From: Candidatus Spongiisociaceae bacterium
GTDB taxonomy: Bacteria; Actinomycetota; Acidimicrobiia; Spongiisociales; Spongiisociaceae
Length of the DNA stretch: 64,000 bases
Reading direction: 5' to 3'
NCBI GenBank assembly: GCA_965262915.1
Contig: OZ253564.1
Coordinates: 3,520,001-3,584,000, forward strand
The notes under the pieces are model-generated. The model had not been told where the DNA came from and made no database searches. It worked only from the letters and a program-made list of their open reading frames with translations. The position numbers were made by a program, and so were the translations under genes. The stretch's first letter is position 1, and every line of letters begins with the position of its first letter. Below, piece after piece: positions 28,923-38,312 of the stretch.

Positions 28923-29019
28923 GAGGGTGCTGAGAAACCCCCCGTTGGCCCGACGGTCGATGACATAATGCCACGTCAGCGGACCACGGGCCAACCACTT
29001 ACCCCTTTTCGGCATTCTC
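28923..29019 (+). mobile_element. MITE family A copy
   Basis: GAGGGTGCTGAGAA...GGCATTCTC, near-identical to the 47953 copy; followed by CTAG. Confidence 0.8.
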
Positions 29020-29140
29020 CTAGAGGAGTACGACCGGGCCCTCGAGTCGAGATACATCAACGACCGGGGGGCGACCGGAAGGCGCTCCTAGCGATATACG
29101 CCATCGAGCGCGTCATGTGAGCGAACCACTGCATCTGGAC

Positions 29141-30472
29141 CTATTCGTTGCGCGGCTCCAGAGAGCCGTATACGACGCGCCCGTCGCGAACAACCGCGGT
29201 GATCTTGGCCAGCGATTCGGCATCGATCGTTGGATCACCGTCGAGGATGACAAGGTCTGCCCTCATGCCGCCCCGTATCACGCCTATGTCGGCTCGCCCC
29301 ATCAAGGCCGCCGCGGCGCCGGTCGCAGCATGAATGGCTCCGACCATCCCGAGGCCGCACCCGGCCAGCACTTCGATCTCGCGATGGAGGCTGTAACCGG
29401 GGTAGGTGCCGGGATTCGGGACATCGGATCCTGCGACAACGCTGACTCCAGCGGCGTGGACCATCTCGACAAACTCGAGGATCGCCTCCCATTCCTGTTC
29501 ACCGTGGGCAAGGTCGTCTTCGGAATAGCCGGCAGCCGGCCAGGTGGCTCTCCAAGCATCGACGAGACTGGCAGGAAGATCGTCGCGGGCTTCGAGGATT
29601 CCTTCGGCCTCGTCGGGACGGCAGAACACTCTGAGGATGGCGAAGGTCGGAGTGACCGTCACTCCCGCCGCGGCAAGATCTTCGACATGGCGGCGTACGC
29701 GATCGCTTCCGAGGTCGACGAATCGCCAGGGTCGGAGTGACAGGACCCAGTCGTGCGGGCGTTCCGGCAGTTCGGACTCCAATGCTCGGGAATGAGCGTC
29801 GAGGAGTTCCCGTCCACTACAGATATGTTCGAGCGCATCGACGCCGGCAGCGACCGCTTCGCCGACCGATACAGCGTTCCCGACGTGTGCAGCAACCGGA
29901 ATGCCGCGTTTGTGGGCAACGGCTACCACCGCCTGCAGATCCTCCTTGGGAAGCCACACATAGGCCTTGAGAAAGGGAGCACCCATCGAGATGAGTTCGG
30001 CAGCAGCATCAGCAGCATCTTGCGGACCCCTGACTACGCGCAAACCGGGATAGGGAGCGCCGGGGGGACCATCGAGGTTCGGGCCTGAACCGACGAATCG
30101 GGGCCATTCCGGGGTGTCCTCGGCCAGCAGCCTCCGGTACGCGGAACCGAACCCGGTTCCACCGGTGTCTCGGACTGCGGTAACGCCGTGCGCGAGAAAC
30201 TGAGCGGCATGCCAGTCGAATACCTCACCGCTGTCCGCACCGAACTCCTCCCCCGAGAGAGTCACCTCCATATGGGTGTGAGCATCGATCAGCCCCGGAA
30301 TCATCGTCGATCGCGGGAGATGCACCAACTCGTAGGACGAGGGAACATCGACATTGGGACCGGCTGCGATGATCCGCCCGTCCCAGAGGAGAACGGTGGC
30401 GTTACGTACCGGGGGACGGCCCGTACCGTCGATCAGACTGGCAACCTGAATAGCGAGCCTGTCGCCTACCAG
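29141..30472 (-). CDS. Amidohydrolase family protein (probable CTG start)
   Basis: LIDGTG N-terminal strand, PGLIDAHTH, AAHVG, EHI, GSDVP, RADLVILDGDP. The frame is open to CTG 30472 after an AAAGGAG SD. Confidence 0.85.
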   Translation of the reverse strand: MVGDRLAIQVASLIDGTGRPPVRNATVLLWDGRIIAAGPNVDVPSSYELVHLPRSTMIPGLIDAHTHMEVTLSGEEFGADSGEVFDWHAAQFLAHGVTAVRDTGGTGFGSAYRRLLAEDTPEWPRFVGSGPNLDGPPGAPYPGLRVVRGPQDAADAAAELISMGAPFLKAYVWLPKEDLQAVVAVAHKRGIPVAAHVGNAVSVGEAVAAGVDALEHICSGRELLDAHSRALESELPERPHDWVLSLRPWRFVDLGSDRVRRHVEDLAAAGVTVTPTFAILRVFCRPDEAEGILEARDDLPASLVDAWRATWPAAGYSEDDLAHGEQEWEAILEFVEMVHAAGVSVVAGSDVPNPGTYPGYSLHREIEVLAGCGLGMVGAIHAATGAAAALMGRADIGVIRGGMRADLVILDGDPTIDAESLAKITAVVRDGRVVYGSLEPRNE

Positions 30473-30473
30473 G

Positions 30474-31244
30474 TCAGACTCCTTTCAACATCCCACCGTC
30501 TACGGCGAGCGTGGCGCCCGTGATGTAACTCGCGGCGTCGGACAGCAGAAACCCTACAGCGGCTGCGAACTCCTCGGGATCCCCGTACCTACCCAACGGA
30601 ATGCCGGCCTGGGACCGCGCCACAACTTCCGCGACCGTGACCCCTTCGGCTTGGGCCCGTCCTCGATCCAAGGCATGAACTCGGTCCGTCCCTATCCGGC
30701 CCGGGTAGACATGATTGACCCGTATCTCGGGGGCCCATTCCTGCGCCAGGACCTTGGCGAGAGCCCCGACGCCGGTACGCAGAACCGTCGAACTCACCAG
30801 GTTGCCGATCGGCTGGCGTACGGCCGACGACGTCATGAACACGAGCGCCGATCCCTTGCGCAAGTGCGGTTTGGCGGCACGAGCCAGCCGAACCGCGGAT
30901 AGAAGAACCAGGTCGATAGCCTCTGCCCAGTCGGCGTCGGACAAATCTCCAAAGGTGCCGGGCTTGGGACCGCCGGTGTTGACGACCACGGCATCCAACC
31001 CGCCCCCGAAGTGTGCGGAGGCTGCGTCGACCCAGGCTCCGATGTCTTCGCCCTTTCTCAGGTCACACACCTGTGAATGAACGGCGCCGGCCCCGCCGTT
31101 GCCGATCCCGGCAACCGCAGTCGCCAAGCGGTCGGCGTCCCTTCCGCACACCGAAACCGCATGGCCCTCACCGACAAGGTAGCGCGCTATGGCGAATCCG
31201 AGGCCGGAGGTCGCTGCCGCCACTAGGGCCGTTTTCCTGGTCAC
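30474..31244 (-). CDS. SDR family oxidoreductase (atypical NTGGP subtype)
   Basis: AATSGLG, NTGGPKPG, PGRIGTDR, VDGG. GTGA overlap with the upstream gene. Confidence 0.9.
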   Translation of the reverse strand: MTRKTALVAAATSGLGFAIARYLVGEGHAVSVCGRDADRLATAVAGIGNGGAGAVHSQVCDLRKGEDIGAWVDAASAHFGGGLDAVVVNTGGPKPGTFGDLSDADWAEAIDLVLLSAVRLARAAKPHLRKGSALVFMTSSAVRQPIGNLVSSTVLRTGVGALAKVLAQEWAPEIRVNHVYPGRIGTDRVHALDRGRAQAEGVTVAEVVARSQAGIPLGRYGDPEEFAAAVGFLLSDAASYITGATLAVDGGMLKGV

Positions 31245-32647
31245 GTATTCCTCCCGCTTGCTCGACAAGGCTCTCGTGCGATGAACGCACCACTTCCCGG
31301 CCGGAGCATATCGCGCCCGCCATCGACCACCACGCGGCCCCGCAGCACGACCGTTGCGGGCCAACCGGTGACGGTCATGCCTTCGTACGGTGTGTAGTCC
31401 GTCTGGTCGTGTAGGTCCTTGTGGCTCACGGAGCGTTCTTCGGCGTCGTCCCACACGACGAGATCCGCGTCGCTTCCAACCGCCAAGGTTCCCTTCCGGG
31501 GATACATTCCGAAGAGCCTTGCCGGATTGGTGGCTACCAACCGTACGAACTCGGAAACCGTGATCCGCCCAGTTACGACCCCTTCGGAGAACAGCAGCGG
31601 CATGCGCAGTTCAACCCCCGGTAACCCGTTCGCTACCTGGTGAAACTCTGTCTCCTCGCCCCTCGGAAGTTTCCCGCCGTCGAGCCGGTAGGGGGCATGA
31701 TCGGATCCGATCGTGTCGACCTTCCCGGCCCGGATCTTCCGCCAGAGCGCACGCCGGTCATCGGCCGCTCGTAGCGGCGGACTGCACATGAACGGGGCGG
31801 TCTTGCCGATAGGCCCATCGAGACGGGACTCATCAAGTACCAGATAGTGAGGGCAGGTCTCGACCGCGACGTCCACGCCTCTCAAACGCGCCGCCTCCGC
31901 TTCGGCAACCGCGAGGCCGGTGGAGAGATGAACCAGGTAGATACCCATCTTCAGGGCTTCGGCAATCGCGACGATCTCGGCCACACCCGCTCGCTCCGCG
32001 ACTCTGCTGTGAGATTCGGCGTGAGCCATCGCGTCCTGCCGGCCCTGCGCCATCAGATAGTCTCGCTTCCAGCTGATCAGTCCATCATGCTCGGCATGGA
32101 CCATCGCGGTCATTCCCGCTCTTCGGGCGGCAGCCAGTAGTTCAACCAGATCGGACCCGGCGAGCCGGAGGCGCTCGTAGGTCATGAAGACCTTGAGCGA
32201 CGTGATCCCGAGGTGGGCAACCTCTGCCAGGTCCGCAGCCGTGTGATCATGTAGCTCGGTAGGAATAAGATGCAGCCCGTAATCCACCATTGCTTCAGCT
32301 TCCGCCCGCCGCATAGCCTCGGCAATCGCATCGCGGACGTTCGTACCGCGATGCTGGGCGGCAAAGGCCATGACCGTTGTCGTCCCGCCGAAAGCCGCCG
32401 AGCGGGTCCCGGAGGCGAAGTCATCAGCGGTCGGTACCCCGGCCCCGGAAACCTGCGCCAGGTGGCAATGAGGGTCTACTCCACCGGGGAACACGTACTT
32501 CCCCCCCGCATCGATCTCACGCTCACCGGACCGTATGCCGTCGCCGATGGCCTCTATCCGATCCCCGACGATCGCCAGGTCGGCTGCTATCACCCCGTCC
32601 TCGGAGACCACACGACCGTTCCGCAATACGAGATCTGGCGTTAGCAC
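31241..32647 (-). CDS. hydA: Dihydropyrimidinase / D-hydantoinase
   Basis: PGGVDPHCH, GGTTT, LKVFMTY, HAE, ETCPHYL, SDHAPY, NPARLFGMYPRKG. Confidence 0.88.
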   Translation of the reverse strand: MLTPDLVLRNGRVVSEDGVIAADLAIVGDRIEAIGDGIRSGEREIDAGGKYVFPGGVDPHCHLAQVSGAGVPTADDFASGTRSAAFGGTTTVMAFAAQHRGTNVRDAIAEAMRRAEAEAMVDYGLHLIPTELHDHTAADLAEVAHLGITSLKVFMTYERLRLAGSDLVELLAAARRAGMTAMVHAEHDGLISWKRDYLMAQGRQDAMAHAESHSRVAERAGVAEIVAIAEALKMGIYLVHLSTGLAVAEAEAARLRGVDVAVETCPHYLVLDESRLDGPIGKTAPFMCSPPLRAADDRRALWRKIRAGKVDTIGSDHAPYRLDGGKLPRGEETEFHQVANGLPGVELRMPLLFSEGVVTGRITVSEFVRLVATNPARLFGMYPRKGTLAVGSDADLVVWDDAEERSVSHKDLHDQTDYTPYEGMTVTGWPATVVLRGRVVVDGGRDMLRPGSGAFIAREPCRASGRNT

Positions 32648-32649
32648 CT

Positions 32650-33582
32650 CTATCCGACGATGTCCACGGTCGGGATCCCTGTCGCCGCTTCGAGTCTGAC
32701 AAGCAACCGGTCGAGTTCTTCGTGGTCGACTCGACCCAGAACGGGAGCGGGAAACCGCGCACGTGCGGTGCGAATGGCTTTGCGACGGCGCAGGAGTTCC
32801 TTCCGGACGCTGATGCCCATGCGGAACTCGTGCCGATTGATTGGCAGGTACAGGTCGTACAGGTCTTCGGCCTCATCCGGTCTCCCCAAGGCATGCATGG
32901 CGATGACGCGCGCCAGCACGTCGGGGAATGCGAAGCCGGTCATCGCGCCGTCGGCGCCGCGCGCCAACTCCTGGGGTAGGTGGATGCCGTTGTTGCCCGT
33001 CACGATCGTCACACGCCTCTGTCCGGCGGACTCCGCGTTGCGGATAGCCGTGAGCTTGCCCAGACCGGGTTCGTCTTCAGCCTTGAGCATCGTCACCGTC
33101 GGGCACCTTTCGACAATCAAGCGCCAAGCGGTCGGGGAGATGTGGACTCCGTTCGCCTTCGGGAAGTCTTGAACACAAATCGGAATACTGCCCAAGGCTG
33201 CTGCGGCAGCCTCGAAGTAGCCGGCAACCTTGTGGTCGCCGGCCAAACCGGCTAGAGGCTGGAGAAGTACACCGGCGGCGCCGACGCCCATCGAGAAGGT
33301 TGCCAACGACCGGACACGGGACAGCGACGAATCCGACACGCCCACGATGACAGGAACCCTCCCGTCGACGGCAGCGATGGCGCTTTCGGCTACGAGTCGT
33401 GATTCCGCGTCGGTCATCCGATTGGCCTCACCCATCACGCCGAGCAGGGCGACTCCGCTCGAGCCACACGCAACATAGAAATCCATCAAGGTCTGGATGG
33501 ACGACGGGTCGATGCTGCCGTCTTTGTCCAAGGGCGTTACAGATATCGCTATAAGGCCCGATGTCGGCATGGAATCGATCAC
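32650..33582 (-). CDS. DapA-family protein (GVMGE/QDFP subtype)
   Basis: LGVMGEA, QDFP, LKAED, GAMTGF. Confidence 0.85.
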   Translation of the reverse strand: MIDSMPTSGLIAISVTPLDKDGSIDPSSIQTLMDFYVACGSSGVALLGVMGEANRMTDAESRLVAESAIAAVDGRVPVIVGVSDSSLSRVRSLATFSMGVGAAGVLLQPLAGLAGDHKVAGYFEAAAAALGSIPICVQDFPKANGVHISPTAWRLIVERCPTVTMLKAEDEPGLGKLTAIRNAESAGQRRVTIVTGNNGIHLPQELARGADGAMTGFAFPDVLARVIAMHALGRPDEAEDLYDLYLPINRHEFRMGISVRKELLRRRKAIRTARARFPAPVLGRVDHEELDRLLVRLEAATGIPTVDIVG

Positions 33583-34247
33583 AGGTCCGGTCCTTTCTCG
33601 GTGCGGGCATCCCGGAGGGCTGAGGCGGCGAAGGTAACAGCGGCCTGGCACGGCTCGATCACGGGCAGCCCTAGGTCGCTCTGGAGCCGGGAGCGGAGAT
33701 GGGTCATGCCTGTGCATCCCAACACGACCACGTCCGCACCGGATTCCGCCAGCTGCCTGCCGGCTTCGAGAACATCCTCGTAGGCTTCCTCACTCTCCAG
33801 ATCGAGCACGCCCCGCCCGCTGGCAACGTCCGCGACGACTCTCGCCGTGACTCCGATCCGATCCCAGTAGCGGTAGTGGCGGGGCACCGATGCGTCGACG
33901 GCGGAGATGACTCCGACATTGCGCCCGCGTGACATTGCGGCCAGCACGGCCGATTCGGCTATTCCGAAAACGGGCTCCTCGAGGGTTGCCCTCATCTCGC
34001 CGATCCCAGGGTCGGAGAAACAAGCGACCACGTAGGCATCTGCCGGATGCTCTACGGCAATTTCGATCATGGGCTCGACCGCGGCCGCAACGTCGTCGTC
34101 GGATTCGATAGCGGGCGGCCCGCCTGGCGTGGTGACTACCTGTATCTCGACGCCCAAGTCTTCGGCGAGACCCCTCACCGCGTCATCGACCTGTATCGAG
34201 ATGCGCTCGGAGCTGTTCGGATTTACCAGGGTGACTCTTCCAAACAT
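33579..34247 (-). CDS. Asp/Glu/hydantoin racemase
   Basis: VNPNS, ACFSDPG, GIAES, LGCTGM. Confidence 0.88.
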   Translation of the reverse strand: MFGRVTLVNPNSSERISIQVDDAVRGLAEDLGVEIQVVTTPGGPPAIESDDDVAAAVEPMIEIAVEHPADAYVVACFSDPGIGEMRATLEEPVFGIAESAVLAAMSRGRNVGVISAVDASVPRHYRYWDRIGVTARVVADVASGRGVLDLESEEAYEDVLEAGRQLAESGADVVVLGCTGMTHLRSRLQSDLGLPVIEPCQAAVTFAASALRDARTEKGPDL

Positions 34248-34257
34248 CGGAGGCACC

Positions 34258-35028
34258 TTACCTGATCTGGGACTCATGCCATCGGAGGAACTTCGACTCC
34301 GCAAGGACGGAAAGAGCGAACATCGTGATCCCGAGCGCCGCGGACCCGACAATGGCTACGAACAGATCCGCCGTCCGCAGAGTCGACTTCGAGATGAGTA
34401 TGACATAGCCCAGGCCCTGGGTAGATGACACGAACTCGGCCACGATCGCGCCGATGACCGCTGCCGGAGCGGCGATCTTGATGCTGGACAGGAGATACGG
34501 AAGCGCGAAGGGTAGGCGGACGCGCAGGAAGACGAACCGTTCCGTTGCGGCCAGAACCTTCATCAGGTCCAGAGCGTCCCTATCTGCGGACCGCAAGCCG
34601 ATGGCGGTGGTGACCGTTATGGGGAAGAACGAGATAAGAAACGCGACCGCTATCTTGGGCGCCAGTCCGGTGCCGAGCCATAGCACTAGTACGGGCGCGA
34701 TTGCGACGATCGGCGTAACCTGAATGATGACCAGATAGGGCATCATCATGCGCTCGAGTGTACGAACGTAAGCCATCACTGCTGCGAGAAATACACCGAG
34801 CGCGAGACCGATTGCGAAACCCAGCAATGCCTCGTAGGCCGTTCTCCATGTATGGAAAGCGAATCGTTGCGGCTTGTCCAGGAAAGCGTCGAGGATCGCA
34901 GACGGAGCCGGTAGCAGGAACTTGGAGATGTCGAGAGCCTGAACAGCGCCCTCCCAGACAACCACGACCAAGCCGGAGAAGATCAGCGGTAGCCAGCGCA
35001 GGAACCGGCTTCTTGTGAAGACACTCAT
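34258..35028 (-). CDS. ABC permease (TauC/SsuC-type)
   Basis: LPAPS, PIVAIAP, FFPI, ALPYL, GAIVAEF. Confidence 0.92.
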   Translation of the reverse strand: MSVFTRSRFLRWLPLIFSGLVVVVWEGAVQALDISKFLLPAPSAILDAFLDKPQRFAFHTWRTAYEALLGFAIGLALGVFLAAVMAYVRTLERMMMPYLVIIQVTPIVAIAPVLVLWLGTGLAPKIAVAFLISFFPITVTTAIGLRSADRDALDLMKVLAATERFVFLRVRLPFALPYLLSSIKIAAPAAVIGAIVAEFVSSTQGLGYVILISKSTLRTADLFVAIVGSAALGITMFALSVLAESKFLRWHESQIR

Positions 35029-35041
35029 CCGTCGCGAACTC

Positions 35042-35908
35042 TCATGGTCCCCGTAGTTCGAACTTGCCGCCGATGCTCGTACTCTCGGCAGTCTCGGCCT
35101 CCTGTTGGATCCTATCCCTGACGCGGTTTGTGACCTCCAGAAACTCGATCGTCGCCCGCAGGTCCAAGGGCCGAGGCCGCTCGAAAGGTACGTCCACCGT
35201 GCCCGCTACACGGCCCGGCCGAGCAGACATAACGATGACCCGATCTGCCAGGAATACGGCCTCCGTTAGCGAATGGGTCACGTACAGGACGGCTGGCCGG
35301 GTAGCCGTCCAGATGTCCTGAAGGGCCAGGTTGAGTCGGTCGCGGGTGATCTCGTCGACCGAAGCGAACGGCTCGTCGAGCAGGAGAACCGATGGCGTGA
35401 GCATCAGCGAGCGCGCCATCGCGGCGCGTTGCCGCATGCCCCCCGAGCACTCGCGGGGCAGCGCGTCTTCGAACCCCGTCAGCCCTACGAGATCGACCAA
35501 CTCCTGCGGCTGCACGGGCGGATCCTTGATACCGGCCACCTGCAGGGGCAGGCGGACATTGTCGATGACGGTGCGCCACGGGAGCAGAGCAGGCTGCTGG
35601 AACATGAACCCGACTCGACGACTCCGGCGCGCCTCCTCCGGCGTGACTCCGCAAACGGAGAGCTTGCCCCGGGTGTAGCCCGGACCGTGGAGATCGGCAA
35701 CAGACCGAAGAAAGGTCGACTTGCCACAACCTGAAGGGCCGATGATGGCGACGAACTCCGCCGGCATCACGTCGAGGGTGAAAGGACCCAGGGCATGAAC
35801 CGATGCCCCGCTCACGGTCGGGTACACACAGCCAGAGTCCACGGCGGAGACCGCCGCTCCCGTGACAAGAGAGCGGCGGTCTCCGCCGTTCGAGCGATCA
35901 GCGCTCAC
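35042..35908 (-). CDS. ABC ATP-binding protein (TauB/SsuB-type)
   Basis: GPSGCGKST, LLPWRT, SGGMRQR, DEPF, VTHS. Confidence 0.93.
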   Translation of the reverse strand: MSADRSNGGDRRSLVTGAAVSAVDSGCVYPTVSGASVHALGPFTLDVMPAEFVAIIGPSGCGKSTFLRSVADLHGPGYTRGKLSVCGVTPEEARRSRRVGFMFQQPALLPWRTVIDNVRLPLQVAGIKDPPVQPQELVDLVGLTGFEDALPRECSGGMRQRAAMARSLMLTPSVLLLDEPFASVDEITRDRLNLALQDIWTATRPAVLYVTHSLTEAVFLADRVIVMSARPGRVAGTVDVPFERPRPLDLRATIEFLEVTNRVRDRIQQEAETAESTSIGGKFELRGP

Positions 35909-35927
35909 TGCATCCGTCCGGTGAGAA

Positions 35928-36941
35928 CTATGGCATCACCGGGGAGTCGGGTAGGTAGTCGTTCGTGTACACCTCGCCGACATCGAACTGGTCGTCGATG
36001 AAGCCGAACCCGACGAGAACGTCGAGGCTGGGCTGCCAGGTCGAATCATCCATGTACAGCAAGCCGTTGTCACGCTGCAAGTCCGACACCCAGAACGCGT
36101 GCAGGGCGGGTGCTTCCACCTCTATGATGTCTCTTTCTACATCCGGGTAGGTCTCGACCATGAGGTCGATGGCATCAGAGGGGTTCTGCAACGCCCATTG
36201 CATCCCGCGTGCATACGCACGCACGAACCCCTTGACAATGTCGGGGTTCTCAGCAACGAACGAGTCGCTGGTGATGAGGGTCTGTCCGATGGACTCAACG
36301 GATTCGGCCATCCAGAAGGTGACCGCCGGCTCACCGAACTCAACTGCGGCAAGTGCCGGAACGAGCGTGAGAAAGTCCGGGAAGCAGTCAACCAAGCCGG
36401 TGAACAGCACCACCGGGTCGAATCCAACCTCGACCTCTTCGGTTAGACCGGTCAGGTTATTGATGTTGCGGTATGACTCCCAGATCGTGTTGTAGCTCTC
36501 GAATCCTTGGAAGCCAACCTTGACATTCGCCAGGGTTGACGGGTCGTTCCCGTCGAGGCCGCGGTCAGGACGACATATCAGACCGACCGGACTAAAGGGC
36601 TGTGTCACACCGACTGCGATGACGGGAAGATCGGCCGCGTGGCTCAACAGGACCGACGGGCCCGGCCCGACGGTTATGTCGTGCTCTCCCAACCCAACCG
36701 ATTGCACTTGGTCGAACTCACCACCCGGCGTTATCTCGAGCTGGATCCCTTCTTCGGCGAGCCAACCGAACTTCTCGGCTGCCAAGACCGGAACATCACC
36801 CGATGTGGGGAACCAGTCGAAGGCGAATCTCACGGTTTGGAGGGCCGCAGGTTCTTCTTCCTCCTCAGCACAGGCAACGGTTAGTAAGGTCAGCGCCAAC
36901 AGAACTACGACCCATTGACCTAGGCGACTGTCTCGTCTCAT
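35928..36941 (-). CDS. ABC substrate-binding lipoprotein, NMT1/THI5-like
   Basis: Lipobox LTVAC, DWFP, NPDIVKGFVRAYARG, YTNDYL. Confidence 0.88.
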   Translation of the reverse strand: MRRDSRLGQWVVVLLALTLLTVACAEEEEEPAALQTVRFAFDWFPTSGDVPVLAAEKFGWLAEEGIQLEITPGGEFDQVQSVGLGEHDITVGPGPSVLLSHAADLPVIAVGVTQPFSPVGLICRPDRGLDGNDPSTLANVKVGFQGFESYNTIWESYRNINNLTGLTEEVEVGFDPVVLFTGLVDCFPDFLTLVPALAAVEFGEPAVTFWMAESVESIGQTLITSDSFVAENPDIVKGFVRAYARGMQWALQNPSDAIDLMVETYPDVERDIIEVEAPALHAFWVSDLQRDNGLLYMDDSTWQPSLDVLVGFGFIDDQFDVGEVYTNDYLPDSPVMP

Positions 36942-36978
36942 TGCTCCTCCTCTTCGTATTCTGCTTGGCCGGCGGCGC

Positions 36979-38025
36979 CTATTCGGAGCCGGTCGAGATC
37001 ACACCAAGTTCTTCGAGGTTCTTCAGCGACTGATCGGCGGGTACGGATGTGTCCATCCAATGTTTCATGGGCGAATCCAGGAATGAGTTTGCGGGATAGA
37101 AAACGACATCTCGAAACATCTCTGCGAAGCTCTCGACTCGGATTCGAAGCAAGCCGTTCGCCATTGAGTTCTCGGATCTTGCGGTACGCAACGCAGCGGT
37201 ATCCAGCATGGCGCTCACGCCCACGGTCTCGTTCGGGGAGGTGTCGAGGGAAACGGTGTTACCCCTGAAGTCGACAATGCGTGACGACCCTCCGGTGACC
37301 GGGTCAGGGACACCGTCGTCGGAGAAGCCGATGGGGCCGGCCACGTTGGCCGATACCACATACATCATGTTGGCGGCCGCCGCCGTCACCTTCGCCGCCT
37401 CTTCAGCCTCGCTGATCGGCTCGTTGGTCGGGTGAACCAGGATCTCGGCGCCCCGCAACATCAACATTCTCGACGCCTCCGGAACCATTATCTCTCCACA
37501 GGCGAGCATGGCCACCCGGCCGAGCGACGTGTCGACCACCGGCCACAGGCCCTCGACCCCGTATCGGGCGATGTAGTCATCGAGGAAGTCGTGCGGGGAT
37601 ACCCATTGGGCGGTATGGATGCGGCGATAGCGGAGCACGACTTCGCCCGAAGGGTCGATGAAGAACGACGTGTTGAAAAAACGGTCTCGCCACTCCAGAT
37701 CGGCCTCGAACTGGTTTCCGCCGATGTGCACACCGAAAGACCGTGCAAGTTCCTGAAGAGGCTCGGTAATCGGCCCCGGCACCGGATAGCAGGCCTTCTC
37801 GATCCAGTCGGCGACGGGCTCACCCTTCGGGGGTCCCTGGAATGCGAACTCCGGCAGTACGAGCAGCGCCGGAGGCGGGTCCTCCAGCATTGCCTCGTTG
37901 ATCATCCGGCGTGCGCAGTCGAGATTCCTCTGGACGATCTCCCATGCCTCTGCTCTGGTGGACACCTTGCGAGCGATCTCGCTCGGCATCTGGATACAGG
38001 TCGCTCGCCACTGGCCCGGCATCAT
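36979..38025 (-). CDS. Nitrilase-related carbon-nitrogen hydrolase
   Basis: LPEF, FNTSF, RYRRIH, ACGEIMVPE. ATG at 38025 overlaps the upstream stop; AGGAGG SD. Confidence 0.85.
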   Translation of the reverse strand: MMPGQWRATCIQMPSEIARKVSTRAEAWEIVQRNLDCARRMINEAMLEDPPPALLVLPEFAFQGPPKGEPVADWIEKACYPVPGPITEPLQELARSFGVHIGGNQFEADLEWRDRFFNTSFFIDPSGEVVLRYRRIHTAQWVSPHDFLDDYIARYGVEGLWPVVDTSLGRVAMLACGEIMVPEASRMLMLRGAEILVHPTNEPISEAEEAAKVTAAAANMMYVVSANVAGPIGFSDDGVPDPVTGGSSRIVDFRGNTVSLDTSPNETVGVSAMLDTAALRTARSENSMANGLLRIRVESFAEMFRDVVFYPANSFLDSPMKHWMDTSVPADQSLKNLEELGVISTGSE

Positions 38026-38312
38026 GTTCCTCCTGAAACAGGCAAAGATTCGATTATTTCGCGAGCCTGATGAATCCCGAAGGCGACCGGTGGCCGGGGG
38101 CGGGGAGGCTCCTCGTCTCGCGAGAGAAGGTCGAGCGTGATGATCGCTCGGCGGCGGTCGAGTTGATCCATGGCTTCTGTGAGAAGGTTCGACTCGGCGC
38201 TGCAGTCCGTGAGTTCTAGGTATGAGGCGCGGAACCTCCATCTGCCATCGGAACCCTCAACCGGCTCGACCGAAAAGGCGAGCGGCACAGCGAGGTACTC
38301 CTCGGGCGTCAT
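38022..38312 (-). CDS. Small HicB-like fold protein
   Basis: EEYLAVP...RASYLELTDC.AE....EA.....PPRP resembles the HicB N-terminal domain. ATGA overlaps on both sides. Confidence 0.65.
   Translation of the reverse strand: MTPEEYLAVPLAFSVEPVEGSDGRWRFRASYLELTDCSAESNLLTEAMDQLDRRRAIITLDLLSRDEEPPRPRPPVAFGIHQAREIIESLPVSGGT

Noticed and set aside
38022-38312. HicAB toxin-antitoxin module
   Set aside because: No HicA-like ORF is adjacent, and the gene is embedded in a catabolic operon.
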